The notes under the pieces are model-generated. The model was not told where the DNA came from. It ran no database searches and saw only the letters and a list, made by a program, of their open reading frames with translations. A stretch of DNA of 64,000 nt, from the NCBI GenBank assembly GCA_033856675.1, contig JAWVEN010000008.1:151659-215658 (forward strand). Reading direction: 5' to 3'. The translations under genes were made by a program, and so were the position numbers. Shown in pieces: positions 36,909 through 45,823 of this stretch (the first letter of the stretch is position 1; every line of letters begins with the position of its first letter). This stretch comes from Gaiellales bacterium. GTDB taxonomy: Bacteria > Actinomycetota > Thermoleophilia > Gaiellales > JAICJC01.

Positions 36909-37589
36909 TCAGCCGTCGAGCTCGATGCGCATGGCCGCGGCGAGCGCGCCGCCGAGGGAGTGCTTCGCCTCTCCGAAGCGCACGGTGAGCGGGCCGCCGA
37001 ACGGCTGGCGATCGAGGATTTCGGCGTGATCTCCGAGGCAGACCTCGAGCTTCTCCAGGTATCGCAGCATCTCCGGGTCAGCGTCGGAGATGCGGACGAA
37101 CCGCCCACGATCGCCGGGTTGCATGTCGGCAAGGCTCGTCGTCGTTCCTTCGTCGATGACGAGGTCGGCGTTCGGGATCGGATCGCCGTGTGGATCGTGC
37201 GTCGGATTGTTCAGCTTTGCCGCGATCCGGTCGGAGAGGTCAGCGCTGAGGACGTGCTCGAGTGCCTCGGCTTCCTCGTGCACCCGATCGGGCGGCACGT
37301 CGAGATGTTCGACCAGGTAGAGCTCGAGCAGGCGGTGCTGGCGCATCACCGAGAGCGCCAGGCGCTCCCCGGCGGCGGTCAGCCTGACGCCATGGTACGG
37401 AGTGTGGGATGCCAGCCCGCGCTCCGCGAGCTTCTTCACCATCGACGAGACAGAGGCCGGCGTGACGCGCAGGCGCTCGGCCAGCGCGGTCGTCGTCACG
37501 GTGCCCTCGCCGCGGCGCTCGAGCGCGTAGATGGCCTTCGCATAGTCCTCGATCGCGGCCGACCGCCGGCTGTCTTGCAGGGCGCTCAT
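36909..37589 (-). CDS. DtxR/MntR/IdeR family metal-dependent transcriptional regulator with a C-terminal FeoA/SH3-like domain
   Basis: Start trimmed to MSALQDSRRSAAIEDYAKAIYALERRGEGTVTTTALAERLRVTPASVSSMVKKL... HDPHGDPIP. ATGA overlap with the ZIP gene. Confidence 0.9.
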   Translation of the reverse strand: MSALQDSRRSAAIEDYAKAIYALERRGEGTVTTTALAERLRVTPASVSSMVKKLAERGLASHTPYHGVRLTAAGERLALSVMRQHRLLELYLVEHLDVPPDRVHEEAEALEHVLSADLSDRIAAKLNNPTHDPHGDPIPNADLVIDEGTTTSLADMQPGDRGRFVRISDADPEMLRYLEKLEVCLGDHAEILDRQPFGGPLTVRFGEAKHSLGGALAAAMRIELDG

Positions 37590-38827
37590 CAGACGCTCAC
37601 CAGGAGCCCGGTTGCGAACATCATCGCCATCCCGGCCATCAGACCGGCAACCGCGGCGGGGTGCAGGAGCCGTCCGGCGTCGTCTCGGACGGAAGGGGCG
37701 AGCTGGACGATGACCTGGACGATGGCGCCGGCGCCGAAGCCGAAGAGGAAGGCCGCAAGGCTCGAGTTGAACGCGGCGGCGCCGATCCACGCACCGAGCA
37801 CGGCAGGGGCGCCCGCGATCAGGCCGAGCATGACCAACCGGCCGAGCGAAGGGCGGCGGTCAGCCAGCGGAGCCACGATGGCGATGCCCTCGGTGGTGTT
37901 GTGGATGGCGAATCCGACCACCAGGAAGGCGCCGAGTGCCAGCGCGCCGACGGAGTACGCGGCGCCGATCGCGACGCCCTCTCCGAGGTTGTGCAGGCCG
38001 ATGCCGACCGCCACGAGCAGCGCGAGCGTGCCGCCGGACGACCCCGCTTCGCGCGCGTGGCGTTCACGCTGCGCAAGCCATGCCGAGACGCCGCTCAGGG
38101 ACAGGTACGACGCAGCGGCGCCGATCAGCACCAGCGCCGGGCCGCCAAAGGCCTGGGAGCCCTGCCCCGCGAGGTCAAAGCCCTCGAGCGTCGCATCGAC
38201 GGCGAGGATGGCGAGCAACCCGATGGTCAGCGCCATCAGCACCCGCAGCCAGCGCGACGCCATGCTGCGAATCCAGGGTAGCCACAGCATGCCGAGGGCG
38301 ATCGGGATGACGCCGACGTAGACCCCGAGCAGCGCCATCAGCCCGAAGAACGAGAGATCCGTCTGCGGCGTGGCAACGGCGGCGGGGATCTCGTGGGCGA
38401 TCGTCCCGCCGTTGGATGTCAGCAGCACGACCTCGTACGCCTCGCCTTCGATCCATGGTTGCTGGATCCGGACGGTCGTCGTGTCGAGCCGCCCGATCGG
38501 CTCGTCGGCGCCCGAGAACTGCACGAAGGCGTCGTTGACCATCACCTGCGCGATGGAGACGTCGTCCGGCCCGTCGTTGCGGACTGAAAGCTCGATGACG
38601 CCCGGACGAAGCGTCGTCTTTTCGGCCACGAGCTCTTCCGCCGGCGGACCGCGCCGCTCGCCGAGGCCAGGCCCGCCCAGCGCCACGAAAGCGCCGATCG
38701 CCGCGGCGATCAGAAGGAGGGGGCCAACCGCCAGCACCCATCCGGGCAGTTGGCCGGCTCGCCCGGCGGCCGCTTTCCTGCGGTCGACAGTGCCGTCGTT
38801 TTCGAGGTGGGGGTCGCTTTCGAGCAT
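37589..38827 (-). CDS. ZIP family metal transporter with an extra N-terminal TM helix plus an extracytoplasmic domain of about 100 aa
   Basis: C-terminal core GIGLHNLGEGVAIGAAY...GFAIHNTTEGIAIVAPL holds the ZIP metal-binding helices. The N-terminal anchor and beta-rich insert precede the core. Confidence 0.85.
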   Translation of the reverse strand: MLESDPHLENDGTVDRRKAAAGRAGQLPGWVLAVGPLLLIAAAIGAFVALGGPGLGERRGPPAEELVAEKTTLRPGVIELSVRNDGPDDVSIAQVMVNDAFVQFSGADEPIGRLDTTTVRIQQPWIEGEAYEVVLLTSNGGTIAHEIPAAVATPQTDLSFFGLMALLGVYVGVIPIALGMLWLPWIRSMASRWLRVLMALTIGLLAILAVDATLEGFDLAGQGSQAFGGPALVLIGAAASYLSLSGVSAWLAQRERHAREAGSSGGTLALLVAVGIGLHNLGEGVAIGAAYSVGALALGAFLVVGFAIHNTTEGIAIVAPLADRRPSLGRLVMLGLIAGAPAVLGAWIGAAAFNSSLAAFLFGFGAGAIVQVIVQLAPSVRDDAGRLLHPAAVAGLMAGMAMMFATGLLVSV

Positions 38828-38828
38828 G

Positions 38829-39866
38829 TCAGGTGACCTTGAAGAACCCCTGCCAGCCGAGCTCGGTGAACTCCGACTGGTGTGCGTGGAACATGAAGTC
38901 GCCGGCGTACGGGAAGCGCCACTCGACGATCCCCCGCTGGCCCTGGCACAGCATCACCGTGTCGGTGAACTCGCTCGGCGTCTTGCCGGTGCCCGTCGGG
39001 AAGTAGTTGAACAGGTTGCCGTGCAGATGGAACGAGTTGATCAGGTCGTATTCGAGGATGTTGGCCAGGTAGACCCTGACCAGCTCGCCTCGCTTCGCCT
39101 CGATCGGCTTGTCCATGTATGCGAACGGGATCGTGTTTGCCGCGTACAGCTCGTTGGCGCGGTCGAAGTTCGTGTCGAAGCCGTTCATGACCATCACCAT
39201 CTCGTCGGCCTTTTCGCGGGCATCCGGCGGGTCGATGATCAGCACGCCGTACAGCCCCTTGGCGATGTGCTCCGCGAGGGGGCGCACGTGGCAGTGGTAC
39301 AGATGGACGCCTGCGGGCAGCGCGTCGAACTCGTAGACCGTGCTGCCGCCCGGTGCGATCTCGCCGGCTCCGACCCCGGGTACGCCGTCCATCTCCGACG
39401 GGTGGATGCCGTGGAAGTGGATCGTGTGGGGGTGGCGCGAGCTGTTGACGAACGTGATCCGGAGCCGGTCGCCCTCGCGTGCCCGAAGCGTGGGGCCGGG
39501 GATCCGCCCGTTGTATGTCCAGGCCGCGAAGCGCACGCCCGGCGCGACCTCGATGTCGCGCTCCAGTGCGTGCAGCTCCCACTCGCGCTGGGTGCGGCCG
39601 CCGGCGAGCTGGGTTGTGGTGCCCCAATCGAAGTCGCGCAGCAGCTCATGCGGATCGAAGCCGTTCGCCACGTGGTCGACCGTCCGGCCGTCGCGGAACG
39701 CGGCGTGCCCGCCGGCATGGTCGCTCGCTCCGTGGCTGTGGTCACCGTCGTCGGCAAGTGCCGTCGCGTCCGTGCCGGGCAAGCCGTGCGAGTTCAAGAG
39801 CACCGCGCCCGCTCCCAGTATCGGCACGGATCCGGCAAGGAGATCTCGACGCGTTAGAGGGGGCAC
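38829..39866 (-). CDS. Two-domain multicopper oxidase with a twin-arginine signal
   Basis: GTG start. TRRDLLAG TAT motif. Copper ligand motifs HTIHFHG, HLYHCH, FHAH. Confidence 0.85.
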   Translation of the reverse strand: MPPLTRRDLLAGSVPILGAGAVLLNSHGLPGTDATALADDGDHSHGASDHAGGHAAFRDGRTVDHVANGFDPHELLRDFDWGTTTQLAGGRTQREWELHALERDIEVAPGVRFAAWTYNGRIPGPTLRAREGDRLRITFVNSSRHPHTIHFHGIHPSEMDGVPGVGAGEIAPGGSTVYEFDALPAGVHLYHCHVRPLAEHIAKGLYGVLIIDPPDAREKADEMVMVMNGFDTNFDRANELYAANTIPFAYMDKPIEAKRGELVRVYLANILEYDLINSFHLHGNLFNYFPTGTGKTPSEFTDTVMLCQGQRGIVEWRFPYAGDFMFHAHQSEFTELGWQGFFKVT

Positions 39867-39871
39867 GATCC

Positions 39872-39901
39872 AAATCTTAGCACGTCTAAATCTTATGTAC
39901 A
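39872..39901 (-). promoter_or_regulatory. Candidate leaderless promoter plus operator of the MCO-ZIP-DtxR operon
   Basis: On the minus strand: TGTACA-N16-TAAGAT-N7-GTG(start). TAAGATTT is directly repeated with a 16-nt period (plus AAATCTTA at 39872-39879 and 39888-39895). The inverted repeat TTAG-cacgt-CTAA lies at 39877-39889. Confidence 0.4.
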
Positions 39902-40062
39902 GCGCGTCAAAACGGACAGTCGCTCCGCAGTCGTCGTTCTTGTCGACTCAGCGGTGGGTGGTACCCTGGGTGTGCTTCTGACCCGCCCAGAGTTCACGCC
40001 CCGTCCCTGGACGCGCCATTGGTGGCACGTCATTCAACCCGCCGGGGCGGAACCGAGATCCC

Positions 40063-40755
40063 ATGGCAGACGAAGCGCAGGGCGCAGAGGATGCTGCCGA
40101 GACGCGGCTGAACCGGCTGTTGGACCTGATTCTCGAAACGGCCGTCGAAATGCTGGGGTACGACGCGGCGACGGCCAGTGCCCGCCACAACGGTGAACTC
40201 TCGACGGTCGGAGCCACCGACCAGCGACTGTTGGCGCTGGACGAAGCCCAGTACGCATCCGGCGACGGGCCCTGCCTGTCAGTCTTGGACGCGGGCGGCC
40301 CCGTGAGGTGGACAGTGGAGGAGGACGAGGCGCGTTGGCAGGCGTTCCGACAAGCGGCCGAGCACGCCGGGATCACCAACTCGCTGTCCGTTCACGTTCC
40401 GATTGATGACACGGACGAGATCGCCGCGTCGCTGAACTTCTACGCTCGCTCGCAACGTGAACTGAGCCGGCAGCAGTTGCGAGCGGCCGAGGGATTCGCC
40501 GCACAGGTGGCCGCCGCCATGCAGGCGGGGGACGCCTACAAATCCACCGCTCGGCTGGCGGCGGGGCTCGCCGAGGCAATGCGCTATCGCGCAGCAATCG
40601 AGCAGGCCAAGGGGATCCTCATGAGCGAGCGCAAGGTCAGCGCCGACGAGGCATTCCAGCTGCTCGTCGCAATGTCTCAGAACTCGAACGTCAAGGTCCG
40701 CGACGTCGCCGTTCGGCTCGTCGAAGCACGAACCGGCCACCGCTCGGACCCGTAG
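40063..40755 (+). CDS. GAF and ANTAR domain-containing RNA-binding regulator
   Basis: N-terminal GAF. C-terminal ANTAR AAIEQAKGILMSERKVSADEAFQLLVAMSQNSNVKVRDVA. Confidence 0.85.
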   Translation: MADEAQGAEDAAETRLNRLLDLILETAVEMLGYDAATASARHNGELSTVGATDQRLLALDEAQYASGDGPCLSVLDAGGPVRWTVEEDEARWQAFRQAAEHAGITNSLSVHVPIDDTDEIAASLNFYARSQRELSRQQLRAAEGFAAQVAAAMQAGDAYKSTARLAAGLAEAMRYRAAIEQAKGILMSERKVSADEAFQLLVAMSQNSNVKVRDVAVRLVEARTGHRSDP

Positions 40756-40896
40756 ACGGCCCGCCCCTGACCCCGGGGCTCACCGCGGCCAGGGGTTTCC
40801 TCGAGGTCGACTGGGCTCCGGAGCGGTGATCTCAGCGGGGCGCGCGGCGACGAGGCCGCCGTGTCGTCAGCATGCAGACTGACGGCAGACGACGGA

Positions 40897-41715
40897 TCAC
40901 CGTTTCGCGGTGAGGGCCGCGCGGACCAGCAGAACGTCGTGGTCGCTGTGCGTGGCCGGCACCACCTCCGCCGAGGGCGAGCGCAGAGCGCGGCTTCCGT
41001 AGATGTGCTGTAGCCCGGGGGCCTGCTCGGCGGACATGTCGGTGCGGGTCCAGACGCCGTCGGGGGCGCAGGAGCGGCGACGATTGACGTCGCCGCCGAA
41101 GATGAACGTGCGGGCGACCGCGCGACGTGCGAGGAGCGCCTCGAGCTCGGCGCACTGCGCGTCGTTCCCGGCCACCTCGCCTGTCGTGCGCGCGTTCAGG
41201 TGGGCGGTGCACACGTCGACGTCAACTCGGGTAGTGACGCACAGCCACCGGCGCCGCTCGATGCCGGCCTGTCCCTCGAAGTCGTGGTTTTCGGCGCTCT
41301 CGATGGCTGCCTCGGTCAGCACCGCGTCACCGAAGAGTCCGCGGCCGCCAGGTTGGACGCATTGGAGGGGCTCGCCGAGGTAGATCACCCTCGAGAAGCG
41401 CAGGTGGTAACCGGTCCGCCGGGCGATCTGCGCGACGTCACTCCGGCACGCCTCGCTGAAGGTGACCGCGTCCGGGTGCGCTTCACGGATTCGGGACACT
41501 GCCTCCTCCACCACGGCGGGGTATTCAGCCTTGCCGTAGCACCCGGCCAAACCGGACAGGCACAGGTTCATCTGCATCAACGTGTACGTCGAGCCCGAAG
41601 GCGGCTGCACGGCCGCGGGCGCGCCCATCGACGTTGGTGGTTCCCCCGTGAGCGCCCGGCTCGTCCCCGACGATTGGCTGCATCCCGTCAGGGCGAGGAG
41701 GAGCGCGCAACCCAT
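40897..41715 (-). CDS. Endonuclease/exonuclease/phosphatase (EEP) family lipoprotein
   Basis: Start trimmed (ATG 41715, or a TTG about 14 codons upstream). Lipobox LALTGC. TLMQMNLC..., FGGDVN, HSDHDVL EEP motifs. The track start at 41835 would abut the tRNA. Confidence 0.7.
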   Translation of the reverse strand: MGCALLLALTGCSQSSGTSRALTGEPPTSMGAPAAVQPPSGSTYTLMQMNLCLSGLAGCYGKAEYPAVVEEAVSRIREAHPDAVTFSEACRSDVAQIARRTGYHLRFSRVIYLGEPLQCVQPGGRGLFGDAVLTEAAIESAENHDFEGQAGIERRRWLCVTTRVDVDVCTAHLNARTTGEVAGNDAQCAELEALLARRAVARTFIFGGDVNRRRSCAPDGVWTRTDMSAEQAPGLQHIYGSRALRSPSAEVVPATHSDHDVLLVRAALTAKR

Positions 41716-41849
41716 GGCCGCGACCCTGCTGCGACCCCCGCAATAGGGTCGCAAGCGGTACAAAAGCGGTCGGCACGGCGCGCAATGGCGGAGATGCCGA
41801 ATCGGCCTGTTTGCAAGGAAGACGGCCGCTTTCATGGTGAAACCAAGGA

Positions 41850-41922
41850 TGGAGCGTACCGGGATCGAACCGGTGACCTCCGGCTTGCAAAGCCGGCGCT
41901 CTCCCAGCTGAGCTAACGCCCC
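41850..41922 (-). tRNA. tRNA-Ala (anticodon UGC), CCA not encoded
   Basis: GGGGCGTTAGCTCAGCTGGGAGAGCGCCGGCTTTGCAAGCCGGAGGTCACCGGTTCGATCCCGGTACGCTCCA. Folds as a cloverleaf with 7/4/5/5-bp stems. G3:U70 identity pair. Anticodon loop TT-TGC-AA. Confidence 0.95.
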
Positions 41923-42344
41923 AGAATCTGATGGCTGAACCGAATCCGTGGATTCATGCTCTCCCGCTTTTCAATCTAGCTGATTGCTTTGCGCACGCGC
42001 GCCCAGCGACCCGCTCGAGCAGTGCGTCAACGTTAGGGGAGGTCTGTGGCTGGGTACGTCATGGTCGCTTGGCGCGGGCCGCGCAACGAGACGAGGACCT
42101 TGTACACGGCTTGAGAACCCAGGCCGGTCAATGACCACTCATTTTGGTGGAGGTGAGAGGCCAATGGCCATTCGAGACCGCTGCTCGCTGAGGCGACAGA
42201 ACGAGGTCTTGACGCCTTGTCGGCGGAAGAACGATGTCGGCGCCACGAGGGCTGCCGGCTCGTGATAAGGATGTTCGATTCGAACAGCACGGACGCAACC
42301 GAGCCTGGTCTGGCCGTGTCGCCGTCCACGGCGACTTAGCGAGT

Positions 42345-44012
42345 ATGGTTCAGGCAATGGTCGCGGCATCCTCGGCTCGCAGCCGCTTGCGCACGAATCC
42401 GCTGCCCCTCGTCTGTGCCGTCCTTGCCGGTTCCGTGGCGCTTGCCGTAGGGCTGCTGACGGCACCGAGCGGCGACGCGCCGTCGCATCTGTTCCAGACG
42501 TGGCTCTACTCCCACGGCGGGTTCGAGGTCTGGAACAACTACTGGTACGCCGGCCGCTACGAGTTTGTGAACTACAGCGTCTTCTACTACCCCATGGCAT
42601 CGCACCTGGGCCAGCTCGGCGTGCTCGTGCCTGCGTCCGCCCTGATGGGCGCCGCCTTCAACGTGGCATGCGGCAGGGAGTGGGGGCGGGCGGCGCGCGG
42701 CCCGAGCATCGCATTCGCCGTCACGGCGCCCTTCATCATGATGGTGGCGGGCGTCTACCCGTTCATGGCCGGGGTCGCGTGCGGTCTGGTCGCGCTGGCG
42801 CTGATCGGAAGGCGCCAGCGTGTCGCCTTCGCGGCCGTGGTGTTCGCGACACTCGCCTTCTCGCCGCTGGCATTCGCCATCCTGTGCGCCCTGCTCGCCG
42901 GCACGCTGCTCGGCCAGGCGCAGCCGCACCTGGCGCTTCGCCGCCACCGGGTCGCCGTCGCCGCCGTGGTCGCGGTGTTCGTGACCGGCGTCTTCATGCA
43001 GCGGGCCTTCCCGTCGTCGGGGTGGTACGCCTACGACCTCACCGACGCTGCCATCGTGCTGGTGTTCTCGCTCGCGGGCCTATGGGTGACGGGCACCAGC
43101 CCGCGAGCCCGCTCACTGCGGATGCTGTTCGCGGCGTACCTTGCCCTGAACCTGATCGCATTCCTGCTGGAAGGGCCCGTTGGCTCGAACCCGAACCGGC
43201 TGTTCGCCATCGCGGGCGCGCCGATGCTGTGGCTCGCCGCGAACCTGGGGCCGCGCCGTTCGCGGCTCGTCGTCTTCCCGCTGATCGCGGCGTGCGTGGC
43301 CGTCCAGGTGGGACCGCAGGTGCGCGACGCTTACTCCGCGTGGAACAACCCTGCGGCGAAGGCGTCGTACTGGAAGCCGGCGATCAGGTTCCTCGACGAG
43401 CGCTCCCAGGACGTAGCGGGCTACCGCGTCCAGGCCGTGGCGACCTGGGGCCACTGGGACGCGTACTACATTGCCGGCCAGCGGGTGCCCCTCGCTCGCG
43501 GGTGGTTCCGCCAGGAGGACTTCCCCCAGAACTCCGTCCTCTACGACCGCGATCTGACCGCCGCCGCGTACCAGGGCTGGCTTCGGGCGCTCGGCGTGCG
43601 CTACGTCCTGCTGCCCGACGCCCCGCTCGACTTCAGCTCGACGGGCGAGGCGCGGCTGCTTCGCAGCGGCCGTTCGGGGCTCGTGGTAGTCGAGCGGACG
43701 AAGCACTGGACGTTCTTCGAGCTCCCCGAGGCGACTCCGATCGTCACCGCTCCGGCCGGCCTCGAGGGCAAGCTCGTCACGTTCGGGCAGCAGAAGGTCG
43801 AGGTCTGGACGTCCGCTCCCGGCACGTACGTCATCCGCGTACGCTACAGCCCGTACTGGCGCGCAGTGCCGTCGTGGACGTGCATCTCCAAGGCGCCGGG
43901 CGGCATGACTGCCGTGACGGTGCCGACCCGCGGGTACGTCGCGCTCGAGATCGACCCAGACGCCGGAAGCATGGCGGCGAACTCCGTTTCGGGCACCGTG
44001 CACAAGTGCTGA
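42345..44012 (+). CDS. Large polytopic membrane protein, GT-C-like putative glycosyltransferase
   Basis: Start trimmed to ATG 42345. About 10 or more TM segments with an early loop HLFQTWLYSHGGFEVWNNYWYAGRYEFVNYSVFYYP. Soluble C-terminal domain of about 190 aa. Confidence 0.65.
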   Translation: MVQAMVAASSARSRLRTNPLPLVCAVLAGSVALAVGLLTAPSGDAPSHLFQTWLYSHGGFEVWNNYWYAGRYEFVNYSVFYYPMASHLGQLGVLVPASALMGAAFNVACGREWGRAARGPSIAFAVTAPFIMMVAGVYPFMAGVACGLVALALIGRRQRVAFAAVVFATLAFSPLAFAILCALLAGTLLGQAQPHLALRRHRVAVAAVVAVFVTGVFMQRAFPSSGWYAYDLTDAAIVLVFSLAGLWVTGTSPRARSLRMLFAAYLALNLIAFLLEGPVGSNPNRLFAIAGAPMLWLAANLGPRRSRLVVFPLIAACVAVQVGPQVRDAYSAWNNPAAKASYWKPAIRFLDERSQDVAGYRVQAVATWGHWDAYYIAGQRVPLARGWFRQEDFPQNSVLYDRDLTAAAYQGWLRALGVRYVLLPDAPLDFSSTGEARLLRSGRSGLVVVERTKHWTFFELPEATPIVTAPAGLEGKLVTFGQQKVEVWTSAPGTYVIRVRYSPYWRAVPSWTCISKAPGGMTAVTVPTRGYVALEIDPDAGSMAANSVSGTVHKC

Positions 44013-44094
44013 ACGCCTCATCTTCGGCGGTGGTCTCCCGTCTCCTTCTCCGCCGCGATATGCTCCCAGGTCCGCCGCGTGCGGAGGACGGACC

Positions 44095-45054
44095 TTGACG
44101 AGTACTGCCGAGAACACCGCGAGCTGCGCGCTTTGCCGTCGCCACCTTCTGGTGGGCGAGCCCGCGCGCCTGTACCAGGATCCGTCGTCGAAGCGCTTCC
44201 TCAAGGTCTGCCCGCTCTGCTATGAGCGCGCCGACCGCCGGGGATGGCGTGCCGACGGCCGTCCGATCGTCGCCGTCCACGCGAATCCGCCCAAGGACGC
44301 CGCGATCCGCGAGCGCGAAGGGCTGATCGACCGCCTGCGCAACCAGCTGCAGTCGGTGGAGTTCGACCTCGACCAGGTGCGCAGCGCGCTTGCGAAGGCC
44401 GAGCAACAGGCCGGCGAGCTGCGCAACGTCAAGCGGGAGATGAAGGACCTCGCCAACGAGCTGCGGCGCAAGGACCGGGAGCTTCGCGGGATGGCCGACG
44501 AGAAGCGCCGAGCCGATGAGCGTGCCGCACAGGCAGAGACCGCCCATCGAACAGAGATCAGCCGCCACCACCAGGTGGCCGCGAAGCTCGACGAGCAGTC
44601 CGCCCATGTCGAGCGGCTCGAGAGCCGGCTGGCGCAGTTCGAGCAGGAGCTCGAGCTCGAGCGACGCCGGTACACCGAGCTGGCAGATGCCCGTCGTACC
44701 GAAGGCGACGCGCGGCAGGTGCGTCGGATGGCTCTCGAGGCGTTCAACCGCTCGGAGCACATCGAGCGCGTGATCGCCATCGCTCGGAGCCTCGGCGACC
44801 CGGTGGTCAACGTGGCTGTCGCGGGCTGCGAGCTGCCGCGGGTGGTCTCCATCTCCGTGGCCTGGGACATCTCGTGGTACGAGTACGAGGTCCGGCTCGA
44901 CCTCTACGAGCAGACCGTGTCGGTCGACGAAGCGCTGCGCGGTGACGACCCGCGCGACCTCCCGTCGGGCCGCCTCCAGCCCAACGCCGTTCTGCGGTCG
45001 GACAGGATCGTCCTGACCATGCAGGCATTCGGCGTCGGCGCTGCGTCGGCCTGA
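44095..45054 (+). CDS. Hypothetical protein: N-terminal CxxC...CxxC zinc ribbon, long coiled coil, C-terminal globular domain
   Basis: GGAGG at 44082-44086, then TTG 44095. CALCRRHL...CPLCYERA. About 150 aa rich in E/R/L/Q with a heptad-like pattern. Confidence 0.6.
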   Translation: MTSTAENTASCALCRRHLLVGEPARLYQDPSSKRFLKVCPLCYERADRRGWRADGRPIVAVHANPPKDAAIREREGLIDRLRNQLQSVEFDLDQVRSALAKAEQQAGELRNVKREMKDLANELRRKDRELRGMADEKRRADERAAQAETAHRTEISRHHQVAAKLDEQSAHVERLESRLAQFEQELELERRRYTELADARRTEGDARQVRRMALEAFNRSEHIERVIAIARSLGDPVVNVAVAGCELPRVVSISVAWDISWYEYEVRLDLYEQTVSVDEALRGDDPRDLPSGRLQPNAVLRSDRIVLTMQAFGVGAASA

Positions 45055-45064
45055 GCGCCGTGTG

Positions 45065-45823
45065 CTACCAGACGGTGCGCGGCGGCGGCCCGCGGTCGAG
45101 CAGCTTCACCGCGACGAACCCGAAGATGAAGCCGCCGATGTGCGCGAAGTACGCCACGTTGTCGCTGGCGCCACCAACCTGCCCGAAGCCCTGCGTCGCG
45201 CCGAAGATCTGGAGCACGAACCAGAACGCCAGGAAGAGCATGGCCGGGACCGGTAACGGAATCCACCCGAACAGAGTGATCACCACAGCTCGCGGATAGA
45301 GCACGAGATAGCCGGCGAGGACCGCCGAGATGGCGCCCGAGGCGCCCACCGTGGGGATGTCGCTCGACATGTTCGCGGCCCATTGCAGGCCGAGTGCGGC
45401 CAGCCCGCCGAGGAAGTAGAACAGGATGAACCGAAACCGTCCCAGCCGGTCCTCGACGTTGTTGCCGAAGATCCACAGGAACAGCATGTTGCCGAGCAGG
45501 TGCCCCCAGCCGCCGTGCAGGAACATCGAGGTGATGGCTGTGAGCGCGTCAGGGACATGGTCGACGATGATGGGCGCGTTGGCTCCGAAGTCGACGGTGT
45601 CATCGCCCAGCGGACAGCTGTTGGTGATCTCGCACGGAACGAATCCGTACTCCGCTGTGACGGCGCTGAAGCCGTCGACGGGGACGACGTTGCCGGCCCG
45701 GGTCCGCAGCTGCTGCACCGGCGCGGAGAGCTGGACGAGGAACACGGCGACGTTGATCAGGATCAGCGCGATCGTCACCACCGGGCGCGACCGCGTCGGG
45801 ATATTGTCGTGAAGCGGGATCAC
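45065..45823 (-). CDS. Rhomboid family intramembrane serine protease
   Basis: [20 protein letters not shown], catalytic [21 protein letters not shown]. Confidence 0.9.
   Translation of the reverse strand: MIPLHDNIPTRSRPVVTIALILINVAVFLVQLSAPVQQLRTRAGNVVPVDGFSAVTAEYGFVPCEITNSCPLGDDTVDFGANAPIIVDHVPDALTAITSMFLHGGWGHLLGNMLFLWIFGNNVEDRLGRFRFILFYFLGGLAALGLQWAANMSSDIPTVGASGAISAVLAGYLVLYPRAVVITLFGWIPLPVPAMLFLAFWFVLQIFGATQGFGQVGGASDNVAYFAHIGGFIFGFVAVKLLDRGPPPRTVW

Noticed and set aside
32852-37790. Very long 5' extensions in the track. Examples: 32852..34714 (620 aa), 32803..33951, 36077..37132, 36909..37790. Elsewhere: 53755..55293, 52910..54193, 45820..47205, 27811..28611
   Set aside because: The N-terminal extensions are low-complexity and overlap neighbouring genes or the divergent gene. 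Homology-like sequence begins at internal starts. I trimmed these ORFs to starts supported by domain boundaries, SD sites, leaderless signals or 4-nt coupling.
40897-41922. tRNA-Ala as the attachment site of a genomic island (EEP nuclease, GAF-ANTAR and the metal operon lie downstream of its 3' end)
   Set aside because: There is no integrase, excisionase or transposase. I could find no direct repeat of the tRNA 3' half by eye. Gene content and GC look native. Only the 420-bp spacer on the other side is compositionally odd, and that is reported separately.
41931-42329. Three overlapping ORFs of 67-98 aa in the tRNA-flanking spacer
   Set aside because: They have no SD, mutually overlapping frames and atypical codon usage for this genome. 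I treat them as non-coding.
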